The position numbers and the translations under genes were made by a program. A stretch of 64,000 bases of DNA, from positions 1 through 64,000 of the forward strand of contig JBGAGQ010000023.1 of assembly GCA_044226625.1 (NCBI GenBank), written 5' to 3'. The stretch comes from Thermoanaerobaculia bacterium. Lineage in GTDB: Bacteria > Acidobacteriota > Thermoanaerobaculia > Multivoradales > UBA5704. Shown piece by piece: positions 1 to 10,581 of the stretch; position 1 is the stretch's first letter; the number at the start of each line of letters is the position of its first letter. Under the pieces are notes generated by a model. The model searched no databases. It was not told the DNA's origin and worked only from the letters and a program-made list of their open reading frames with translations.

Positions 1-237
1 GGCGCCCGCGCGCGCCACCTCGGTCCCGCCGATCGCGAGCATGGGGAACCTCGCGAGGGCCTTGCCGGCCTTCTCGAGCTCGTCCGGGTCCTCGAAGCCG
101 CGCAGGACCTCGGCGATTACGAGATCCGCGATAAAGATCGGCGCCCGGCCGAGCAGCTCGTCGAGGTAATCGGCACGCGGCGTCCGCCGGCCGGAGAAAT
201 AGTCGATCCAGACCGTGGCATCCGCGAGGACGCGCAT
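1..237 (-). CDS. vapC: VapC/PIN-domain toxin (3' end outside window)
   Basis: Manual translation MRVLADATVWIDYFSGRRTPRADYLDELLGRAPIFIADLVIAEVLRGF matches the PIN N-terminal motif. The ATG overlaps the antitoxin stop (TGATG). Confidence 0.85.
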   Translation of the reverse strand, partial: MRVLADATVWIDYFSGRRTPRADYLDELLGRAPIFIADLVIAEVLRGFEDPDELEKAGKALARFPMLAIGGTEVARAGA

Positions 238-428
238 CAGCTTCTCCCTTTCGCTGTCTCTCCTCCCTCCCATCGCAGCCGCCCGCGAAGATCGCGTACC
301 TCCCGCTGATCGTGCTTCTCGATCAGCGCCACGAGCGCCGCGCGGACCAGCTCTTTCTTCGTCCGCAGCCCCGTGAGATAGAAGGCCCGATCCGTCAGGT
401 CCTCATCGATGTCGATATTCGTCAGCAT
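237..428 (-). CDS. vapB: VapB-type type II antitoxin
   Basis: MLTNIDIDEDL...GLRTKKELVRAAL...LRGRLRWEG is typical of VapB antitoxins. Translationally coupled to the PIN gene. Confidence 0.85.
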   Translation of the reverse strand: MLTNIDIDEDLTDRAFYLTGLRTKKELVRAALVALIEKHDQREVRDLRGRLRWEGGETAKGRS

Positions 429-447
429 ATAGAGTCCCTCGTGATTT

Positions 448-790
448 GAATTGTATAGAGCGGGGCAATGTGTGTACGTATTGTTTCCTGGGAGATGCTC
501 TCGGGGAAGATTCTGTGCAATCCACTATCCATCCCATATATCTAGGGCCCTAGATTGTACAGATCTATCGCTACAGTGTGCATAATCTTGCACGATATGT
601 GCAGGCGTGTGGCCGAATTGTACATAACAGGACGATATAGCGGCTTTAGTCGGCTGATTTATATAGATATAGTGACGATCTGTATAGTGCAGAAATTCAT
701 GGGCGCTTTGGGGGAGATGGTTGTACATAGCTCCCGATGAATTGTGTGCTCCGACGGCTGAGATGTACGTCTCAGTATGTGAATTGTACA
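448..790. repeat. AT-rich degenerate array of TGTRYA-like cores at about 21-bp period
   Basis: Cores start at 452, 473, 514, 535, 556, 577, 598, 619, 660, 681, 722, 743, 764 and 785 (e.g. TGTACA, TGTGCA, TGTATA). Confidence 0.7.
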
Positions 791-919
791 ACTCAACGAG
801 CGATTGCCGGGTGGAGGAGCCTTCGCGGCCAATGGATTGCAACTCTCTCGAAGTGGGGGCAAGAGATTCGTCGTTCCGGGTTTTCGTTCAAGCCCCGCCG
901 ACACCTGAAGGAGCAGCTC

Positions 920-1309
920 ATGACGATCCAGAACGCGCTGGCGAGCGTCGCCATCCGAGACGTGAAAACCGCGGGCGATTGGTACTCCCGCCTCTTCGGC
1001 CGACGGGGCTCGATGCCGATGCCCGAGGTGGCGGAGTGGACCTTCGAACGAGGCGGGGGCCTTCAGGTCTACCAGCTCCCCGAACGCGCGGGCGAAGGAT
1101 CCTGCACCCTCGTCGTGAGCGACATCGAAAAACTTGCCGCTCACCTCGAAACGCTGGGCATCGACACCTCGGAGCGCACGTCCAGCGAGCGGGTGAAGAC
1201 GGTGATGATCACTGACCCGGACGGCAACCACCTCGCGTTCGCCGAGCCGTTGGATTCGAAGTTGGCGCAAGTAGACACCGGGCCGGTGCGCAGGCTTGCG
1301 GCGGGCTGA
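920..1309 (+). CDS. VOC/glyoxalase-bleomycin resistance family protein
   Basis: AAGGAG RBS before ATG 920. Motifs 'VAIRDVKTAGDWYSRLFG' and 'ITDPDGNHLAF'. Confidence 0.85.
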   Translation: MTIQNALASVAIRDVKTAGDWYSRLFGRRGSMPMPEVAEWTFERGGGLQVYQLPERAGEGSCTLVVSDIEKLAAHLETLGIDTSERTSSERVKTVMITDPDGNHLAFAEPLDSKLAQVDTGPVRRLAAG

Positions 1310-1381
1310 TACGCTTCTCGTCGGATCCCGAAACTACGAACGGACGAGCGGGCTTGCCCCGATCGCCGAACGGAGGAAAGC

Positions 1382-4300
1382 GTGGCCGCCGGACCGATGG
1401 CCGGTACGTCGATCGAGCTGAAGCTCGGAAAGAAGATCCTCCATCTCGCGGGGGAAGCGTGTCCGCTCGGCGACGGCGACGCCGCGCGGTTCGGCGTCTG
1501 GGCCGATCGCTACCGCAAGCTGCGGGAGCGGGATGACGGAGTCGAGACCCGCGATCTCTTCCTGGCGCTCGGGCGGGAAATGTTCGAGTGGCTCGACGGT
1601 GCCTGGGGTGGGGCGTTCTTTAGGGCGTTGGAGGATGCTCGCCCTCCGGTGCTGTTGGAAGTCGCGGTCCCCCTTCATCCCGACGCGGACGAGACGGCGT
1701 TCCTCGACGTTCCCTGGGAGTTGCTCGCCGATTCGCGTGGGCACCTGGCCGGTCTTCCCCACGCTCTGCTTTGCCTCATTCGTCGGCTGGGTCGCGCCGA
1801 TCCGCCCGAGCGGCAATCGGAGCCGTCGCCGTATCGCCTGTCGCTCCTCTTCATGGCGGCGTCCCCGCGAGGCGAGGTCGCGCTCGACGTCGATCGGGAG
1901 GAGGCGCGCATTCAGCGCGAAGCGGGGAGGATCGGAATCGACTGGGCGGTCGAAGAGAGCGGCACGCTCGAATTCCTCGCCCAACGAGTGGCCGGCGAAG
2001 CGATGGTCGGCGGGCTCGACGTGCTCCATCTCTCCTGCCATGGGCGTGGAGGCTCTCCGGCGGATGGGAAGATGCCTCCCTTGCCGCCGATACTCGCGCT
2101 CGAAACCGAGTTGGGAGACCTCGCCCCGGTGACCGCGGATGACCTCGCCGAGGAGTTAGGCGAGCACCGCCCGCGCTTGTTGTTCCTTTCCGCTTGCGAG
2201 ACCGCGTCCCCCGAACGCACCGTCGGCTCGCTGGCCGCCGGCATGGTTCAACGTGGTTTTCCCGCCGTGCTCGGGTGGGGCGGCAGCGTCTTCGAAACGG
2301 AGGCGTCGCGTTTCGCCGCGGATCTTTACGATCTGCTTGCCCGTCACCAGAGCCTGCTGGGAGCGCTCGCCTATGCGAGGAAGAAGCTCTACGGCGCGCC
2401 GGGAGAGGCGCCGTCGGCCGAGTGGCATACCGCCCGGCTGTTCCTCGGCGCGGGCGACGGACGGCGGCTGTCGGTGGGGGAGGCCAAGCGTCGCCGCGAC
2501 CCGGGGAGCGCGCACAAGGTCTTTCTCGATCGCCGGAACGACCGCGTCGAGGTCGCCGGGCCTCGCGAGTTCGTGGGCCGTCGGCGTTCCCTCCAGGAGG
2601 TCTTGCGCGCGTTCCGCGCGCCGCGCGAGGAGCGTCCCGCGGGGGTGCTGATCCACGCGATCGGCCACCAGGGCAAGTCGAGCCTTGCCGCCCGCGTCGC
2701 CCAACGGCTCGACCGCCACGAGCTTCTGGTCCTCCACGGCCGGTACGACGAAGAGGCCGTCCTCGGCGCCTTTGCGCAGGTGGCCTCGAGCGCGGAGCTA
2801 CGAAAGAGGATCGAGGAAGACCTCGCCGAGGTGCAGACGCACCCGACGACCTTCGAGTCGGCGCTTCGCGGACTGCTCGAAGGTCCCTTCCGGCAGGAGG
2901 AGAACGGAACCTCCCACCGACCGGTGCTGTTGGTGGTCGACGATTTCGAGCAGGCGCTCGTCGCGGATCCGTTGGGAGGCCTTCACCGCGTCCGCTCCGA
3001 GGCCGCCCCGGCGATGCGGGCGGTGTTGCGCGCGTTCGGTGGTGCCGAGACGGAATCGCGCCTTCTCTTCACCAGCCGCTTCGAATTCACGCTGTGGGAC
3101 GAACGTGGGGAGAAGGATCTCGCGCTCGGTCTCCATTCGATCTCACTCCCCGCGATGGGCTCAGCGGAGTCGATCCGCCAGGCGAAGGCGAAGCTCGAAT
3201 TCGGTGCCTCCGTCGCGCAGCCGGTGGACCTCGGACTGCTCAAGAGGGTTGTCAGCGCCGCGCGGGGAAATCCGGGCCTCCAGGACGTTCTGTTCGCGCT
3301 GGCGCTAGGAGATCCGAGCGCATGCGAACGCGCGCTCGGCGAGATGGAGGCCTACGTCGAGGGCGGGGAGCTGCCGGACGAAGGGACGGTTCTGGAGTTT
3401 CTCGAATCCATTGCCCTCGGCGAGATCTTGGGCCTCCTGAGCCCCGGCGAAAGGGAGCTCTTTCGCGCCTCGACCCTCTTCGCGCTTCCGGTTCCGTCGA
3501 TCGTTTTGGAGCGGGTTGCCGCGGCGCGCGGCCTCCAAGTCGGAGATCCGCCGGGCGCGCGGCTCGGCGCGCTCGGGCTCTGGGAAGGGCGGGAAGACCC
3601 CGCCGACCCGCACAGAAAGGCCGTCGCGCCGAACGCTCTCGCCGTCGCGCGGGTGGAGCCGTTGAGTGAGGCCGAGATCGCCGAGGTCGCGGCCATTGGC
3701 GCACCCGCACTTCTGAAGGCCTGGGTCGGCGAAGGCGAGAAAGCCCCCTGGCCGAGCGCACTTTCGGTCCAGATCGCACAGCTTGGTATCTGGGGACAGA
3801 TCGCCACGGTGCTCGTCGCCAGTGCCGAGGCGGCGGTACGGACTCTTGAAAAGAGGTTTGCCTATCGACCGGCTGCGGCATTGGGCAAGCGAGCCTTGGA
3901 CATCCTCGAGGAGCAAGGCGTCGTGCCGCCGATTTGGCTTCTCCACACCTCGGGCGAGCAAGCACAACAGATCGGCGAGGTCGAAACCGCTCGTGCCTGC
4001 TTTGCGAAGGCGCTGGCCGTTCTCGATGAGGAGGCGGAACGAAACGATCCCGAAGGCGCTGCCGCGATCTGCCTCGCCCAAGCGCGGATCTTGGGTCAAA
4101 GTGGGGAACCGGACGCCGCGATTCCGCATCTCGAGCGTGCCGCGCGATTGCTCAGCGAGGGCCATTTCCGCCGCGAGAGCGCGATCGTAAAGGGGGACAT
4201 CGCACGCATCCGGGTCTCGAAAGGTGAGGTGGACGAAGCCCTGCAACTGCACCAGGAAGAGCTTCGGGTGTACGAGTCCCTCGGCGACCGTCGCTCGCGG

Positions 4301-4723
4301 GCGGTGACTCTGGGGGACATCGCACGCATCCGGGCCGATCAAGGTGAGGTGGACGAAGCCCTGCAACTGCACCAGGAGAGGCTCTCCGTCTTCGAGGCCC
4401 TCGGCGATCTCGACGGCAAGGCGCATGTACTTTGGAGCGTGGCGCGGCTAGAGATTCGTCGCGGGGATTGGCGAGAAGCGTTTGATCACTTGGCCGAGGC
4501 GTATCAGCTCAACCTCAAGCTCGGGCGTCTCGATGGGATCTGTTTCGTCGGCTGGGACCTGGGCAGCTTGCTCTGCCGGGCGGGCGAAGTTTCCCAGGGG
4601 ATGGCGATTCTCGAGCGGAGCCGCGCGGGATTCGCGCAGCTTGGCCGGTCCAACCTCGTCGAGGCCGTCGAGAGTTTGATAGGTCAGTTTCGTCCGGAAA
4701 GCGATCCTGTCGAAGCACCTTAG
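1382..4723 (+). CDS. CHAT (caspase-like) protease + P-loop NTPase + TPR protein
   Basis: CHAT motifs 'VPWELL', 'VLHLSCHG' (His) and 'FLSACET' (Cys). 'FVGRR', Walker A-like '[10 protein letters not shown]' and Walker B 'LLVVDDFE'. C-terminal 40-aa TPR repeats. GGAGG RBS before the GTG. Confidence 0.85.
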   Translation: MAAGPMAGTSIELKLGKKILHLAGEACPLGDGDAARFGVWADRYRKLRERDDGVETRDLFLALGREMFEWLDGAWGGAFFRALEDARPPVLLEVAVPLHPDADETAFLDVPWELLADSRGHLAGLPHALLCLIRRLGRADPPERQSEPSPYRLSLLFMAASPRGEVALDVDREEARIQREAGRIGIDWAVEESGTLEFLAQRVAGEAMVGGLDVLHLSCHGRGGSPADGKMPPLPPILALETELGDLAPVTADDLAEELGEHRPRLLFLSACETASPERTVGSLAAGMVQRGFPAVLGWGGSVFETEASRFAADLYDLLARHQSLLGALAYARKKLYGAPGEAPSAEWHTARLFLGAGDGRRLSVGEAKRRRDPGSAHKVFLDRRNDRVEVAGPREFVGRRRSLQEVLRAFRAPREERPAGVLIHAIGHQGKSSLAARVAQRLDRHELLVLHGRYDEEAVLGAFAQVASSAELRKRIEEDLAEVQTHPTTFESALRGLLEGPFRQEENGTSHRPVLLVVDDFEQALVADPLGGLHRVRSEAAPAMRAVLRAFGGAETESRLLFTSRFEFTLWDERGEKDLALGLHSISLPAMGSAESIRQAKAKLEFGASVAQPVDLGLLKRVVSAARGNPGLQDVLFALALGDPSACERALGEMEAYVEGGELPDEGTVLEFLESIALGEILGLLSPGERELFRASTLFALPVPSIVLERVAAARGLQVGDPPGARLGALGLWEGREDPADPHRKAVAPNALAVARVEPLSEAEIAEVAAIGAPALLKAWVGEGEKAPWPSALSVQIAQLGIWGQIATVLVASAEAAVRTLEKRFAYRPAAALGKRALDILEEQGVVPPIWLLHTSGEQAQQIGEVETARACFAKALAVLDEEAERNDPEGAAAICLAQARILGQSGEPDAAIPHLERAARLLSEGHFRRESAIVKGDIARIRVSKGEVDEALQLHQEELRVYESLGDRRSRAVTLGDIARIRADQGEVDEALQLHQERLSVFEALGDLDGKAHVLWSVARLEIRRGDWREAFDHLAEAYQLNLKLGRLDGICFVGWDLGSLLCRAGEVSQGMAILERSRAGFAQLGRSNLVEAVESLIGQFRPESDPVEAP
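4192..4407 (+). repeat. Two near-identical 120-bp-period TPR-coding repeats
   Basis: GGGGGACATCGCACGCATCCGGG...AAGGTGAGGTGGACGAAGCCCTGCAACTGCACCAGGA occurs at about 4192 and again at about 4312. Confidence 0.9.
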
Positions 4724-4745
4724 GCTTCGAGCCCGAAATTTCCTT

Positions 4746-7331
4746 TCACTCCCCCTGAAGCGCCAGCACCGGACTGATCCGCGTCGCCCTTCGCGCGGGG
4801 AGCCAGGCCGCGAGAGCACCCAAACTCCCGAGGACCAGCGCCGTCCCCGCGTAGGTGGCCGGGGCGTGGGAGTCGACGCCGTAGAGCGAGGGATAGGGCT
4901 AGGCCCCGAGCGAGAACCTGCCCGACGATGCGGCCGGGGGAGGCTCCGAGGGCGGCGCGGACCGCGAGCTCGGGCGTCCTTCGGGTGACGTTGTAGGCGA
5001 CGAGCCCCGCGATGCCGATCGCGGCGAGAAGGAGGGCGAGGCCCGCGAAGAGGCCGACGATCCAGGTCTGGAGGCGGGGCTGGGTGACGCTTCCGGCGAC
5101 CACGGAGTTGAAGGTCTGAACGTCGAATAGGGCGACGTCGGGGTTGATCTGGCGCAGGGTCCGGCGGACGTCCGGCGTGAGCGCGGCGGGATCTCCCGCG
5201 GTGCGGAGGGCGAGCGTCATCGTCGGCCAGAGGGACCAGGTGGTGGGCATGTACATCGTGGGAGTGACGTCCTCGCCCAGGCCGAGCTGGCGGACGTCGC
5301 CCACGACGCCGACCACCGTGCGCTCCTGGTTGTTCGACAGGTAGACCGTCCGGCCGATCGGATCGGCGCCGTTCGGGAAGAGGCGCTTGGCGAGCCCCTC
5401 GCTGAGCAGGAGCGAATGGTAATTCTCTCCCTGGGCGGCGAATCCGCGGCCGCGCAGGAGCGGCACGCCGAGCGTCGGCAGGTAACCGTCGGTCACGATG
5501 CGCCAAGAGGCCTGGACGCCTTCGCGGTTCGCGGTCGCCTGGCCGGTCTCTCCGGGGAGCGGCGCGACGGAGGAGACCTCCATGCTCGTGTCGACCGAGC
5601 CGAGCGGGATCTCGCTGGTGAGCCCCGCGGAGGTGACCCCTGGGAGCGTACGCACCCAGTCGAGCAGCGAGGCGTAAAGCGCGATGCTCGCGTTGTAGAC
5701 CGCTTCGTTCTCCTCGGAGTCCTGCAGGGTCATCCGGGCGGTCAGCAGGTGGTCGGGACGGAAGCCGAGCGACTCGTTCTGCAGCCGGCCGAAGCTCTGC
5801 GCGAGCAGCACCGCGCCGATCACGAGCGCGGTCGCGAGCGCGAGCTGCGCTATTACGAGGCCCTCGCGCAGCGGCGTCCGGCGCGCGTCGACCGCGGAGC
5901 GCCCTCCCTGGGCGAGGGCGGTCCGGACGTCGGTCCGCCCGGCGAGCGCCGAGGGGAGAACGCCGAAGGCGAACGCGGCGAAGCCCGTGAGCAGGAACGC
6001 CACGAGCACGACCGGCCCGTCGAGCGCGACGGACGAGAGCCGCGGCAGCGTCGCGGGGAGCAGCGCCGTCGCGCCGCGCAGGGCGGCCCAGGCGAGCGCC
6101 AGGCCGAGCGCGCCGCTCAGGAACGCGAGCAGCAAGTTCTCGGTCATCAGATGGCGGACCACCCGGGCGGGGCTCGCGCCGAGCGCGCGGCGGATACCGA
6201 TCTCCCGCACCCGCGCCGTCGCCCGAGCGAGCTGGAGGTTCGCGACGTTCGCGCAGGCGACGAGAAGCAGCACTCCCACGGCGGCGAGCAGCACGAGCAA
6301 ACGGTCGCGCAGCTCCCCGCCGACGATCCAGTCGCGCACCGGCTCGACCACCGCCTGCCAGCCGAGGTTGGTGTCGGGGAAGTCCTTCTCGAGCTGGCGG
6401 CTGATCCCGCCGATCTCCGCCTGCGCCTCGGCGAGCGTCGAGCCGGGAGCGAGGCGGCCGAGCACGTCGATCCGGCGGTCGCCGCGGTTCGCTCCGGTGT
6501 GCTCCAACGCGAGCGGCAGCCAGAGGCCGACCTCGGAGGAGAAACCGACGTCCGCCGGAGCGATGCCGACCACCGTGCGCTCCTCGCCGTTGACCCGGAT
6601 CGTGCGGCCGAGAATCGAGGTCGAAGCGCCGTAGCGTCGCCGCCAGAGCCCCTCGCCTAGGATCGCCACGGCCGGGCCGCCGGGGGCGTCTTCCTCGGGC
6701 GTGAACGCCCGGCCGGCGACCAGCGGCGTGCCGAGCAGCTCGAACAGGTTCGCCGTGGCGGCGAAGGCGTCGACCCGCTCCGGAGCGCCGTCGCCGGAAA
6801 GGTTCACTCCCACCCCGGAGAGCGCGGCGAGTGAGGAGAGGCTCCGGGAGCGCTCCTGCCAAGTCTGGAAGTCGGGAATCGAGACCGAAAAGCGCGGCAC
6901 GTCGTGGGTCGGATTGGCGGCGGCGAGATGGACGACCCGCGCGGGCTCCCGGTAGGGCAGCGGCGCGAGCAGGATCGCGTGGACCAAGCTGAAGATCGTC
7001 GTCGCGCCGCCCAGTCCCAGGGCGAGCGTCGCGACCGAGGCGAGGGTGAACGCCCGGTTGCCGCGGAGCGCGAGCGTGCGCGCCGCCTGAGCGAGGTCGC
7101 GGGCCGCTCGGTGGCGATGCTCGGCAAGCGCGGTCGCGAAGGCGTCTGCCGCCGCGGCGAGGCAGACGCCGCCGGCGGCGAACGGACGGCCGCCTCGGCG
7201 CGCCTCCGCCCACCGGGCCGAGAATGCCGCCGTCATCTCGCCGCCGTACTCCTCGCGAAACGAGCCGGGATAGAGCCAGAGGAGCGAGGCGTACGCCCGC
7301 TCCGCCCATGAGGCCCGAGGCGTCGCGTTCA
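4746..7331 (-). CDS. ADOP-type duplicated MacB/FtsX ABC permease, frameshifted near the C-terminus
   Basis: Motifs '[14 protein letters not shown]', '[15 protein letters not shown]' and '[14 protein letters not shown]'. The canonical tail '[12 protein letters not shown]...[19 protein letters not shown]' lies in another frame ending at 4746. Confidence 0.8.
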
Positions 7332-7336
7332 TCGCT

Positions 7337-7714
7337 TCACCGCCCCTCGAACAGCAGGCCAGCCCGCCGGCCCAGATTAAGGAGGTCGCCCAGCCGCTCG
7401 AGCTCGAGCTCGGCCACCTCACGGCCGAACGGAGTCAAGCGATAGTGACGGCGGCGCTCGTCGGAATTCGCGGCGACGTCCTTGGCGTCGAGCTCGACGA
7501 TCAACCCCTGCTCGAGCAGGCGATGGAGCGTCGTGTAGAGCGTGCCGGGGTTGAGCTTCGTGCGGCCGCCGGTCCGCTCGGCGACCTCCTGCATGATCGC
7601 GTAGCCGTGTCGGTCTCCCTCGGCGAGAGCGACCAGGATGTGGAACGTCGCACTGGGCAGCGGAAGCAGCGAGGCGGCGGTGGGATCGTCGGAGGTCTCG
7701 GTCGGCTCGGGCAT
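7337..7714 (-). CDS. PadR family transcriptional regulator
   Basis: '[21 protein letters not shown]...[11 protein letters not shown]...RRRHYRLT'. Lies directly upstream of the ADOP permease. Confidence 0.92.
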   Translation of the reverse strand: MPEPTETSDDPTAASLLPLPSATFHILVALAEGDRHGYAIMQEVAERTGGRTKLNPGTLYTTLHRLLEQGLIVELDAKDVAANSDERRRHYRLTPFGREVAELELERLGDLLNLGRRAGLLFEGR

Positions 7715-7737
7715 GCCGAGAGTGTATTGGTGTCAGG

Positions 7738-7756
7738 TATATCTGGTCAAGATATA
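7738..7756. promoter_or_regulatory. Putative PadR operator (TATATCT-N5-AGATATA)
   Basis: Perfect 7-bp AT-rich inverted repeat just upstream of the padR start. Confidence 0.55.
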
Positions 7757-7788
7757 ATTTGAGGCGCCCGATCTTCCTCTGACTCCTC

Positions 7789-8361
7789 CTAGTCGACCGA
7801 ATACTCGATGAGCTCGACGGGGCACAGCTTGTTGAGTAAGACCGTGTACGTCCCCGAGCTTCCGGGTCCGGACGCGATCGGTGAGTCGATGAAGAGGTAA
7901 TAGTCGCCGGCCGGCAGGGAGCTGAACTCGAAAGGAATCTGCTCGGAGACGCCCGGCCCGCCGTTGTTGACCGCCCGGACGCAGTTGGTCACGGCATTGG
8001 TCATCCCGGCGGGGCAGCCCGGGGCGGCGCTGCTCAACACGTAGAGCGCGACATCGTACCCGGCCGACGGAAACACGATGAACGTGGGGAAGGTGACGTC
8101 TTGAATGCCGACCTTGATCTTATAGGCCACGTCGGGGCCGGGCATCGAGAACACGCCCTGGCAGCCGTTGACGAGCTGGCTCACCGTATCGTTTGCGCCG
8201 ACCGTGGTGCCGGAGTCCTGGGTTGGGGACAGGCACGAGAGGGCGGCCGAGGCGGGGCAGTCGTCGCTGCCGAGGCGGGGCGAACCGTCTGGCATCCCGG
8301 CCGTGGCCGAGGCGGACGATGCCGAAAGCGACGCGAGGAGGAGGACGAAGGCGGATCGCAT
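7789..8361 (-). CDS. Secreted Cys-containing PPC-like domain protein with C-terminal PVELxxY motif
   Basis: Signal peptide. PPC-like strands 'YDVALYV...LPAGDYYLFID...GTYTV'. Ends in CPVELIEYSVD. GGAGG RBS. Confidence 0.7.
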   Translation of the reverse strand: MRSAFVLLLASLSASSASATAGMPDGSPRLGSDDCPASAALSCLSPTQDSGTTVGANDTVSQLVNGCQGVFSMPGPDVAYKIKVGIQDVTFPTFIVFPSAGYDVALYVLSSAAPGCPAGMTNAVTNCVRAVNNGGPGVSEQIPFEFSSLPAGDYYLFIDSPIASGPGSSGTYTVLLNKLCPVELIEYSVD

Positions 8362-8399
8362 GGGACCTCCGTGCCGATTGGATCAGAATTTTAGATTCC

Positions 8400-9140
8400 T
8401 CATCGTAGCATGACGGCTCCCATCGAACCCCACAGGCTGTTCATCCCCTCGATCCCCTCCGCCCGAGCGAGATCCGCGACCGTCAGGATCCGTTCCTCGA
8501 TCTCCCCCCGTTCGAGCCGCCTTCTCCGCACCGTTCCCGGCAGACAGCCGGTGGAGAGTGGCGGCGTGAGCCAGCGGCCTCCGATGCGAAGCGCCAAGTT
8601 GCAGCGCGAGCCCTCGCACAGCTCGCCGCGCTCGTTGAGGAGGATCGCCTCGTCCGCGCCGAGGGCGAGGGCTCGTGCGTGGGCGAGCCGGTTGGCCTGG
8701 TAGGAGAGGCTCTTGAGCCCCGCGAGGGGACCTCGGGAGTCGACGCGGATCTCCGGGATCACGACGAATTGGAGCGGCCGGGCTGGATCGGGGGGAACGT
8801 AGGGAAACGCCTCGATCAGGCGCGTCGGTCCTTCGGTGGAGGTTCCGCGGGTGACGGTGAGACGCAGCCGGGCGTACGGGCGCGGGGCGTCGGCCGCCAC
8901 CTCGGCGATCGCTTGGGCGAGTCCGTCCGCACCGTCGGGGAGGTCCATCGCGATGCGCGGCAGCGAGGCGAACAGGCGGTCGAGGTGGGCGGGGACGTCG
9001 AGGGCCGCGCCGGCGTCCACCCGCAGGGTCTCGAACAGCCCATCGCCGAAGCGGAAGCCAGCGTCGTCGGGGGAGATCTTGATCTCGGCCCGGGGGACGA
9101 GCCGGCCGTTCCACCAGGCAAGCTCGGCCGTTTCGCTCAA
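8400..9140 (-). CDS. pabC: Aminotransferase class IV / 4-amino-4-deoxychorismate lyase
   Basis: 'GFRFGDGLFETLR', 'GLKSLSY', 'CEGSRCN' and 'GCLPGTVR'. Coupled to pabB. Confidence 0.8.
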   Translation of the reverse strand: MSETAELAWWNGRLVPRAEIKISPDDAGFRFGDGLFETLRVDAGAALDVPAHLDRLFASLPRIAMDLPDGADGLAQAIAEVAADAPRPYARLRLTVTRGTSTEGPTRLIEAFPYVPPDPARPLQFVVIPEIRVDSRGPLAGLKSLSYQANRLAHARALALGADEAILLNERGELCEGSRCNLALRIGGRWLTPPLSTGCLPGTVRRRRLERGEIEERILTVADLARAEGIEGMNSLWGSMGAVMLR

Positions 9141-10564
9141 TCGAACTCCAGGCCGCCGATCGCTTGGAGGAAAGCCGCGGCCTTTGCCTCACTCTCTTCC
9201 CGTTCGAGCGTCGGGGTCGAATCCGCGGTGATGCCGCAGCCGGCGTGGTAGGCGATCTTGCCTTGGGCGAACGCGGCGGTGCGGATGGCGACCGCGAGCT
9301 CGAGGTCGCCGTTCATCGAGATCCAACCGAACGCCCCCATCGCCGGGCCGCGCCGGCGCTCCTCCTCGGCCGAGATCACCGTCATGGCGCGGATCTTCGG
9401 CGCGCCGGAGATCGAGGCGGCGGGAAAGGTCGCGCGCAGCAGGTCGGCCGGGCCGACGTCGGCGCGCAGCGTGCCCCGCACGGTGGCGACCAGGTGATGG
9501 ACGGTCGGCAGAGTCGCGAGCTCACCGAGCGCCGGGGTCACGATCGAGCCGGGCTGCGCGACGCGGCCGAGGTCGTTCCGCGCGACGTCGACGATCATCG
9601 CGAGCTCCGCCCGGTCCTTGGCGCTTTCGACCAGCTCGCGGGCGAGCGCGCGGTCGTCGTGCGGGGTCCTGCCGCGCGGACGGGTCCCCTTGATCGGCCG
9701 CGTCTCGACGTTTCGTCCGCGTACCGAGAGAAAGATCTCGGGGGAGATCGATAGGAGAGCGCGCCCCGCCCCGAGATCGAAAAACGCGCCGCGGATCGCC
9801 GGGCTCGCGGCGCGCAACCGGCGATAAAGCGGCCAGACCTCGGCGGCCGAGCAGGGAGCTTCGAGGCGGCGGCAAAGGTTCGCTTGGAAGATCTCCCCGC
9901 GGGCGATCCGCTCGACCGTCCGCTCGACCGCCGCCTCGAAGCCGTCGCGGGTCGGCCGGCTCGCGACGTGGAGCCGAGTGGGGACCGCGGCCAAGGGGGA
10001 CACGGCGATCGCCGCCGCGCGTTCGAGCAGCGCCTCGGCGTCGCGGATCGGGTCGCCGCCGCGCCAGCCGTTCGACGATTCGAGCGCCCAACCCTTGCCG
10101 TCCCAGAGCAGCACGCGGTCGAACAGCGCGAGCTTCAAGTCGGGAAGCGACAGGTCGTCCCGTGGCGGGGTAGGTAGTTTTTCGATCTCGGCGCCGAGCT
10201 CGTAGCCGAGATAGCCGATCAGCACCCCCCCGGCGCCCTTCCAGGCTTCGAGCGCGGTTTCCAGAAGATCGAAGCCGCGGATCGAAAGGGCGGATTTGCC
10301 TTGTGCCGAGGAGACCGTGGCCCGGCCCGCGCGGACGGTGAGCTCGGCGAGCGGCTCGACCGCCAACCGGTGCCCCTCGCCGCCGCCGTCCAGCCAGACG
10401 AAACCGGGCGAGGTGCGAAGCAGCTCGGCCACCCTCTCGGGCGTGGCCTGACCGCGCAAAGGGGTTTTCGCCCCGCGCGCGCCCTCGCGCGGCGGCGGCA
10501 GGAGCACCCGGAGCTTGGCCGTGCGGCGGGCACGGACGGCTTCGCTGGGGCGATCCGACCACAT
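9137..10564 (-). CDS. pabB: Aminodeoxychorismate synthase component I (chorismate-binding)
   Basis: 'SISPEIFL', 'TRPIKGTRPRG', 'KDRAELAMIVDVARNDLGRV' and 'SISGAPKIRAM'. Confidence 0.85.
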   Translation of the reverse strand: MWSDRPSEAVRARRTAKLRVLLPPPREGARGAKTPLRGQATPERVAELLRTSPGFVWLDGGGEGHRLAVEPLAELTVRAGRATVSSAQGKSALSIRGFDLLETALEAWKGAGGVLIGYLGYELGAEIEKLPTPPRDDLSLPDLKLALFDRVLLWDGKGWALESSNGWRGGDPIRDAEALLERAAAIAVSPLAAVPTRLHVASRPTRDGFEAAVERTVERIARGEIFQANLCRRLEAPCSAAEVWPLYRRLRAASPAIRGAFFDLGAGRALLSISPEIFLSVRGRNVETRPIKGTRPRGRTPHDDRALARELVESAKDRAELAMIVDVARNDLGRVAQPGSIVTPALGELATLPTVHHLVATVRGTLRADVGPADLLRATFPAASISGAPKIRAMTVISAEEERRRGPAMGAFGWISMNGDLELAVAIRTAAFAQGKIAYHAGCGITADSTPTLEREESEAKAAAFLQAIGGLEFD

Positions 10565-10581
10565 GGCGCGGCGATCCGCCG

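Noticed and set aside
448-790. CRISPR interpretation of the 21-bp array
   Set aside because: The conserved core is only about 6 bp, spacers are about 15 bp, and there are no cas genes in the window.
525-842. ORFs inside the AT-rich array (525..842 -, 555..740 +)
   Set aside because: Composition is atypical for this genome, there is no RBS or recognisable motif, and the repeat phasing does not stay in frame.
4448-7309. Long Arg/Pro-rich alternative-frame and antisense ORFs here and elsewhere (e.g. 22131..24545, 42846..45482, 45597..47618)
   Set aside because: These are shadow ORFs expected in high-GC DNA overlapping well-supported genes.
8400-10564. pabB/pabC without pabA as part of a secondary-metabolite cluster
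   Set aside because: The amidotransferase is commonly shared with trpG elsewhere, and no biosynthetic genes are adjacent.
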